Source: Raillietiella orientalis (taxonomy: Eukaryota). Taken from it: DNA of 64,000 bases. Made by a program: the position numbers and the translations under genes. Below the pieces are notes generated by a model. The model had not been told where the DNA came from. It saw only the letters and a program-made list of their open reading frames with translations, and did no database searches. Positions 56,101 to 64,000 of the stretch are shown piece after piece (positions within the stretch are counted from its first letter, which is position 1; each line of letters opens with the position of its first letter). Location: assembly GCA_036172245.1 (NCBI GenBank), contig JAYWIR010000040.1, positions 806,001 to 870,000 on the forward strand. The letters are read 5' to 3'.

Positions 56101-59100
56101 CTCCACCCCACTCCCCGCCTTCCTGCAGATGCTGTTGCCGCTTCCCGTCCCTCATCCCGTGGTCACGAGGTCCGGGATCGCCGGGACTGCACACAGAGAG
56201 GATTCTGGAGACGCGCGCGCAATCCCCTTCTGGAGAGAGCAGAAGCCCGTCGGGGACCAAGCATCCTCTCACGGAAGGCGGCGGGACGCGGCAGGAATCG
56301 TGGCGTCTCCTTCTGCCGGGAACATCGCGAAGTCGGCCGTGAGGGAGACGTTCGAACCCCCTGATCGACGGCGAAGACACGGCAACTTCCCGTAACTGCC
56401 CCCACCCCTTCTCCGCCACTTCCGTGGCCAATGCCCTCCTGACTCTACCCGCCTTCCTTTGCGACACGCGCACGCGCGCGCGCGGCGGTTGCGGAGGCGC
56501 CGGCCTGCTTGCCTCGAGGCCGCCGCGCGCGATACGCCGCCAGCGCACCCCGGCGGGTGGGCTCGGCACTACTCTCAATCCTCCTGCAGGGCAGAGGCGC
56601 CGGACGCATGGAATGCTCGCGCATCATGGACACCCTCAGGCCCGGGTCCGCCAGCCTCCTGGAGATCAGGAAGCGGACTGTCCTTCTCTGCCCCTGTGAA
56701 GTGAAAGGAAGTGGGAGACTGAGGTAGCGGCGTCTCCCCCGTCGCGTCCTCGGTGCTCTCGAGCGGGGCCCAGAGGGCGGAGGCAGGCATCCAACCCCCC
56801 TCTGTGCATCTTCCGGCCCCCTCCGGGAGCGAGCAGTCCTGAGTCTTCGAGGAGACCGAAGCTCCCAAGGTGTGCGGACAGGAGGTTTCCGGGCGCCTCT
56901 TCCACGGGACTCTGGATACCGGGAGCGCCACTCACGGGAGAAGGGAAACGGTGGGCTGTCCCCCAACACCGCCTTCCCTCTCCTCTCCCCCGTGGAATAG
57001 GACTTCCCTGCCCGACTCCGATCAGGAAAGGATGAGGGCGGTCGTCCCTCCCCCTTCCTTTCCTGGTCCTTGGATCTCCGTTGCTGCAACGGACTCATTC
57101 CCGAAGGGTGGATACCGAGATGGAGAGGTCTTGCCCCCAGGGAGTCATCGGAGGGAAGAAGTTAGCTCGCGCAGACCCTCTTCCCTCCCCCTCCCTCATC
57201 CAGAAGAGCTGACGCCAGAAGGAGCTCTCCCTCGGGGAGAGCTCCGGGAAGAGCGAGAATGGAGCGAGATGAGGTGAGATCAAAGGACCCTTTCACGAGG
57301 ACCGGGGCAGGGAAGAGGAGGACCAGCTGTCCTTTCCGGCCCTCCTCCCCCATCCCGCCTCTCCCTCTGGCACGGAGACACCCGGGAGAAGAAAGGGGGG
57401 GGGGGACGAAGCTAAAAATAGACGCGCGTGCGCCGCCTGGTAAAAAGCCAGCACGCTGAGCCGCTCCTGAAGGGAAAGCGAACGGGAAGAGACGGCCCTC
57501 CTCGGGACCTGCCGGGCGGCTCTGCCGAGGCGGGGTCCTTTGTTCGAGAGGGGGAAGGAAGGAAGCCCGGGCGGGAAAAGGGTCGCCAGGAAACAAAGGC
57601 AGGATTAACGGGGCACCGTCTTCCGAGACCGGAACGGCTCCCTCTCCGACCCTATTCCCTAGACAGGCTGGGTCCTCCCCCTCTCCCTCTGCACGGCTCT
57701 GCTCCCGCCTCGGGGCCTACCGGGGGAGGACGTCCGCCTCTCCGTGGGGTCCCCGACGATCACATCCTCCCTCGGTGCCTCCGGGGCGGGACCTCGGACG
57801 GGAAACCTGGGGCCACTAGGGCCGGTAAGGGAACGGAAGGGAGGAAAAGAGGAAGAGGGGACAAGGGGGTGGGAAAGAGAGAGAGAGCCCTCGTTCGCGG
57901 TTTCCCTCATCCCCTCCTCCCTTCCTCGCGTTCCCTTCCCCCTCCCACCCTTGTGGAATTCGGGAAGCGCCTCATTTATTTTAGTCAGGGAGTTTCCGCT
58001 CCCGTTTTCCTCGCGCAAGGCGGGAATTTCCATTTTTAGACCCGCCGCCGGGATCCGCGCGCGCGGCCGATCCGGGATGGATCCTCTCCCCATCCGATCC
58101 ACGGGAGCAGTGGCGTGGAGGCGGTCCGGCAGCTAGAGGTCGAGGAGGGGAGGAGAGAGGAAGGGTTGTTTAGCGGATCGCTCCTATAGGGAGGAAGGGA
58201 AGTCGGGACGCGGAGGGGTTGGCGGGAGAAGAGGAGCGAAAATCCCCTGGAAGCGAGAAGCTCCGGATGCTGCCCTTCATCCAGGTCAAAAGGCCCTCCG
58301 GCTCGGGTCCCGCATCTGCTCTCTCCCCGCTCCCCCGCGTGCTGTCCCCTGGCCTGCCGTCCCCGGGAGCGGCGCGCACGGGTTGTCCTGCGCCCCCGGG
58401 ACCGCCGGACGCTCTTTACCGCTCCATCTCTTCCCCACCCCCTCCCCCTTCCTTCCTTCCCAGGAGGCCGGAAGACGCCCCTCGCGGGACGATCGCTGGG
58501 GCCACTTGGATCGAGCCCCTCCCTCCCGAAGATGCCGCTGCTGCCCCCGCCTCCTGCAGCTGCCGCGCGCCCGAGAGGGGAGCTCCCGAGGGTTCCCCGC
58601 CGCGCGCGTCTCTCTTCCCTCCGGAGCCCTGTTCCGAGCACACCTGGCGGCCCCTCCCGGAGGCCGTGGCCGATGGGTCCATCGTGGAGAACGGCTGTCT
58701 GGAGGACGCGGGGGCGCCTCCGGAACGCCCTCCCCGTTCCCGTCGCTGCGTGCGAGTGTTCGCCTGTGCGGGGAATTCAGATTCTCTCTCCTCGGCCCCC
58801 GTCCTCCGGGCGGCGGCGCCAGCCGTGGCAGCTGTGGGGACACTGGGCATCCGCCCCTGCTTCGCCTTCCTCGATCCCCGTCTTCTGCCGTGGTAACGGC
58901 GGGACATCGGACAGACGCCCCCGCTTCGCCCGCTCCTTCCGGCCGCAGAGGCGAGGCCCACTCGTCTCTCCCCTACGCCAAACCCCTCCTCTCAACGGGT
59001 GGGGAGCGAATCTGGGGATGCGGATCGGGGAGTTCCCGGCCTCTCGGCTTCCCGGGAACACCTGCGGGAGAAGGCGGGACTCACCGCTGCCACAAAAACG

Positions 59101-59849
59101 TCCCTTCCGCGCCGGCAGCGGGATGAAGGCGCGACTGCGTCCGACACCAGATTGGAAGCCACAGGACCAAGATGGAGGAGGAGGAGGACTCGCCAGGGTG
59201 GGAGCTCGCGACGTCCTAGAGTGCTCCCATCCCCGCCTTCTTTCCGTCTCCTCTCTCCTGCAGATTCCATCTCAGACCCGCGGGCGCCGCTGGGGCAGGC
59301 AGCAAGCGACGTCGACCCTCCCCTTCCACCGTCCCCCGCCCGGAACCTCCCCCTTTCCCGCCTGGATGGATCCACAGGGGGACAGCGTCGCACCCTTCCA
59401 GGGTTTTACCCTTCCCGCCAGGGTCCTTTGGGACTTTCCTCGATCCCTCCGTTTCCTCGCCCTCTCCCGGAATCCCAGGCGGGGATTCGTCTCCTGGATT
59501 GAGCGCGCGGACTTCCTGGCTCCCCGTCTCCCTCCCGCTTTCGTCCCCCTATTCCAGGGAATTCGCGCGAGCTCTCTCCCCTTCCCTGGACTCCGGGAGA
59601 TCCTTCCTCCACCTTCTGTGGGTCGGCAGAGGAAATGGGGTAGGGTGGGAGGCGGGACTGGGAGCGTCCGCCCTCGCACACGTGCTGCAGCTAAGTGGTC
59701 TACCCGGGACGGAGCCTCTCGCCCTGGAAAGTCAAAGCACGCCCGGGGGAGGGCATAGTCCTTCTGTTTCCCCGAGGTGCCGCTGCAGGAGGTGCCGCGG
59801 GCGGGAGGACGCGATCGTCGAGGCTCTCAGGGCAGCGGCCCGCAGGCGG

Positions 59850-60100
59850 TCGCGGGTCAAGCGAACCGTCCCGCCGCAGGAACATCGCAGCTGCGGGCGA
59901 CTCGAGGGTTCTCCCCGGAGGGTGCAGGACTTCTCTTCGCGGCATTCGCCGAAGGAAGGCGGCGGCGGCAGAGCAGCCCATCTGCGTGCGAATGGGCTGC
60001 CATCTTCTTTGGCTCGGGCGCCAGGCGATGGAGACCGAAGGTGGTCGCCATCGCCTACTTCCGCCTCCGGGCACGGCTGCCTCGAGGCGCCCAGCGCGGG
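59850..60100 (+). mobile_element. Possible zf-RVT relict of a plus-strand LINE
   Basis: SPRRVQDFSSR...PICVRMGCHLLW resembles LP...D...CPxC...HLLWxC. Confidence 0.25.
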
Positions 60101-60906
60101 AAGCAGTGGTGCGCGAAGCTACCGCCACTCCCGCCCAGACGGCGGTTGGATGCCCCCTCCCTTCCTTTCCCTGGACGGTCGGCTCCTTCCCGAGGTCCTT
60201 CTGTCCCTCTCGAGAAAGGGCGGCGCGCATCTCCCGCGCCGTCCTTCGCTCCCTTCTCTTGCGACTGCCCTTTGTGACGCCGGGGCGTCCTTCCTCGGCG
60301 GGAGCGGGCAGGATGAGAGAGGTTGGTTCGTTCTTCTTGACGGGAGGCGCGCGACCGAGCCTCCCCGAACGTCGGTCGCCTCTTTGCTCCGCGCCCCCAC
60401 TTCACACCGCACGTCCGCTGCGCATGGCGCGCAGCGCGGTCCGAGCGCACCTCGTCGAGTGCCCACTCTAAATTTGAAAGGCGGCGCCGCTCGCGCGCGC
60501 GATCATGGGGGGACTCCACTTGGCCTCTAAATCTCATCCGGAACCCAAGGCACTTTCGCAAACACGTGACTGTCATTCAGCCCGGCCCCGCGAGCTCTGC
60601 CTGCGAACCTCGTCCTGGCCCACGGTGCTTTCCTGGGCAGGGAGCGGACGCTATAATTCGACCCGAATCCGCCCAAGGCCGCTCTCCCGTAGGAAAAAGG
60701 AGAAATTCTATTCCGAATTTGAAGCGCTCCGGCTGCACGCGGCGCGCGATAATCCATTCGGATCGCGTTGAATATTCACAGCCTGGAAAATGGCCACGCC
60801 GCTCTCTCGGGCCTACGTGCGCATTTAGCTATTTATTTGGTTCCGCAAAAACGAGTCGAATTCGGTTGGGTCTTTCGTATCCATGGGAACGCCGGCGACT
60901 CGCGTG

Positions 60907-61064
60907 TTTTTTTCTTCTTCTTCTTTCCTTCTTTCTTTCTTCTCCTTTCGTTTCCTCCTTTCCTTTTTTTTTTTTTTCTTCCCTTCTTTTTTTTTCGCCT
61001 GCTTTCCTTTTTTGCTTTCTTTCCTTCCTTTTTTTCTCTTCTTCTTTTTTTTTTTTTTCTTCCC
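60907..61064. repeat. About 155-nt T/C-rich low-complexity tract
   Basis: Almost pure polypyrimidine, ending in CCCAG at 61066. Confidence 0.8.
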
Positions 61065-64000
61065 AGCGCCGAATGGAATGCAAATCGTTCCGATATTAAA
61101 ACATTCACGCATTCCAAAGTGGTGGGGAAATTCGTTGGGGAAGCGACGCGTTCGTGAAATATTGTGATGGCTCGAAAAAGAGGAGGGAGGGAGGGAGGGG
61201 GGGGGGAGGCAACGAAAACAACAACAAAAAGACAAAACGAAAGAAGGAAGAGTCGGGAGAAACGGGGAAGGAGCGGTTCTCGAGGGAGAAAGGAGGAAGA
61301 GGGAGCCGGGAATGGCTTGCGAGCGTTCTCACGGCCAGGCACGCACGCACGCGAACGGCGAGCGTCAACGCGCGCGCATTCCGGCATTTTCGAAAATCAA
61401 TCGCGCGGAACCAATCCGGGAGCCTTTTGACGGCGGACACGCGTTGGGAACGGGGGCGCGGGAAAGGAGGAGGAACATCTGCGCAGCCGCCGGGAGAACC
61501 CGCCGGCAGCCAGCCGGCTCGCCTCCTCCCCCGCTCCACCCTGCCCCACGCCCCGCTCTTCTCTCTCCTGCGGGATCGTTCCGGCCTGCGTTCGGGTCAC
61601 TCCCTACCCCGGCGGCCGCCCGACCCTCGGGGCTACGACGAGCCAACCCGCGTCCTGCCCCTCCCACCGAAACCCTCTTCCCTGTCCGCTTCATCCTCGC
61701 CCGACCCTCCCTATTCCTCACCCCCTCCGGTCCTCTGCCACGCGATCAGGTCGCCCCCATCTTCCTGCCCTCCTCCTGGGGAGGCGCGGTCCCCGCCGCA
61801 GCCGCGCGTCCGGGAGGCTTCGGAGGGAACAGGAGGAGAGTAGGAGGGCAAGAACGGCGAGGGGGGAACAATCCCTCTCCCCCACCTCCTCCTCCCCACC
61901 ACTCCTTCCCCGAAACCGAGGCCGCTGCCTTGTCCCTGGAACGGACGGGCGGAACCAAGCAAGGCGGGCCCGTCCCGCGGACCGGAGGGGGAGAGGCCCC
62001 AATGAGATCCCTCCTCGTAGAGAGGACGCGCGCGTTAATCAGTGACTTCACGCAGGGAAGAAAAGATGGAGGGACGGGTGGCGCGTCCGGGGCCGAGTGA
62101 GGGAGCGGGGAGTACGTCTCCTGTCTCCTTCCCGGAGAGGTGCGTCCGGGAGAAGCCGCCCCTTTCCCCGTCGGCGGGCGGGCTGGGAAGCACCCCCTCC
62201 TCTCTCCAGAGAGGTACCGTGGAGGAGTCGGGGTGGGGGAGAGGTCCCCCCTCCGTCTCTTCTTCCAGGTGCCGTTCCTCTCCTTTTTCGGGAGGCAGGT
62301 CGCCGGGGGCACGGGACAGGCTCTCCCGTCCGAAGAGAACGAGCCGGGGCGACGGGGATGGGAAGACCGGTTCAAGGGGGAGAAGGACACCGTCTGCCAA
62401 GCGGCAGGCCCGATGTCCCGGTGAGAGAGGACTTTCTTCTCTCCCCTGTTTCCTAGGGACTCCCGTTCCGCCCCTGCAACTTTCGTCTCTGAGTTGCTTT
62501 CGGGGTCGTTCCTCGACCCCCCGAGCGGCGGTGGAACGGGAAAGGGGAAAGGAGCAGCGCAGAGCGAGAGACCAGCCGTCGCCCTTCGTCCCCATCCCCA
62601 CCCCTTTCCTGCCTCTTCCCTTTCCGTTTCGACCTGAAGCGAAGCGAAGAGCGCGCGGCGCGGGAGCGCGGAGGGACAGCCGCCTTCCACGCCCCTCCTC
62701 CGTCCCCACGACTCTTCCGCGCATCCGGGAGAACAAAATGGCCGGTGGCGGCCATCTTGTTTTCCCCAACTCGCCAGCGGCTGCGCGACCTCGCGAGAAC
62801 AGAGGGAAGGGGGAGGGAGCTGCGAGCGAAGGCCTCTTCGCGACCTCCCAACGCCGGGAACGCCCCAACCCGTCCGTCCCCTATCCCGGCGACCTTGCTT
62901 TCCCGGCGTTGCCAGGCAGAGACGCGCGATCCCATCCGTTCGCAAGGGACGGGGGTGCTGGAGTGAAGGGGCTGGGTTCCAAGCTACTCGAGAGTCGGTC
63001 AGTGCCCTCGGATCTCTTCCTCCTCCACCCCCACCCCCTCTCCAATCCGCGGTGGCTCCGCAGCCCTCCTCGGACGCGCGGAGGCGATTCCAACCCGTTT
63101 CCATGGAAAACGCGAGGGAGGAAAAGAAGGAAGAGAGGAGGAGGGAAATCAATTGGAGTCTCCCGGAAAGTCCTCGAAGGAGGAGGAGGAGGAGCAAGGG
63201 ATGCTTGTGAGAAGGCTCGAGAAGCCTTTGCCCTTTTCTCCTTCCTTGGCCCCAGGGCGCCTCGCTACGTTCGTCCGTTAGGGCGCCCATCGCACCCACC
63301 CTTCACGCGAAGACTCCGCTCTCCCCCCGCCCCCCTCCGTCACAGGGGATGGGACCTGGCTTGGACGGAGAGGGTGCTTCCCAATGCACCGAGGCGCGGG
63401 TTCCCGGTCCAGCCTGCCTGACCCTTGGGACTACCGCAACTACCCGGGTGCGAATGGCGGCCCCTCGTGCGCCTCTCCAGACTCCCTTCGGTGGCTCCAC
63501 GGGCGGGAGCGGCGCGTCTTCGGACTCTGGCAGATCCACGGCGAGGAGCTTCCAGGAGAAGGGCCGACCTGGGGACTCCGCGGCCCGAGTTCCCCGCTGG
63601 ATCGGTGGCTGCTCCCTGCGCGCTGAGATGGCTGGACGGCGATATGACCCACGTTCCGTCCCTGGAAAGTCAGAAAAGGAGAGATCCCGGGGGGTTGGAG
63701 GTAGGCGCAGGCGCCCGTGCTCCGCTCTCCCCCTCACCGTTTGCTGTCCCCTCCCTCGGATCCCCCTTGACGCGCCATACCGTGCTTCCCCTTCTCCCCG
63801 ACCAGCCCGCCCTAGCCAGCGGCGCTTCTTCCGCGAAAAACCTTCCGTTCCTCGGAGGCGTCTGATTGGCTGCCTCTCCTGCGGGAGCGGCGGCTGCTCC
63901 CGCAGGCCGGCCGCAGACGCCTCGCTGGACCCCAAAAGTCGCGGGGCTGGTGGTGGAGGCATGGTTGAGGAAGGGTCAAGGTCTCCTTCGCGTTCCGGAG

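Noticed and set aside
54659..56395. 578-aa ORF
   Set aside because: It runs through low-complexity tracts, with no motif or splice-supported structure.
61746..63421. Overlapping 517-aa (-) and 459-aa (+) ORFs
   Set aside because: Low-complexity S/P/R/G composition on both strands and no homology that I can recognise.

Overview
GC-rich eukaryotic genomic DNA (animal, probably arthropod-like; GC by eye about 65-70%, CpG-rich). I find one convincing gene: a 7-exon, + strand Polycomb group RING finger gene of the BMI1/PCGF2-4/Posterior sex combs (Psc) family at 25550-28752. I spliced it by hand with GT-AG introns into an intact 2601-nt, 866-aa ORF: RING, RAWUL and a long disordered tail with a PLDLS motif. 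Upstream of it lies a CpG/GAGA/NRF1-motif promoter-like region. Most of the rest appears to be heavily decayed L1/Tx1-clade non-LTR retrotransposon copies in both orientations, recognisable only from relict endonuclease, RT and zf-RVT motifs. The many long ORFs in the six-frame track are GC-driven artefacts. Other notable structures are a gap-free 244-bp inverted repeat (about 88% identity), a hairpin enclosing AATAAA shared by two LINE 3' ends, a 47-bp tandem repeat, and a candidate alternative first exon. I see no tRNA, rRNA, CRISPR or prokaryotic system, and no clearly novel multi-gene system; the findings are hypotheses of moderate interest.
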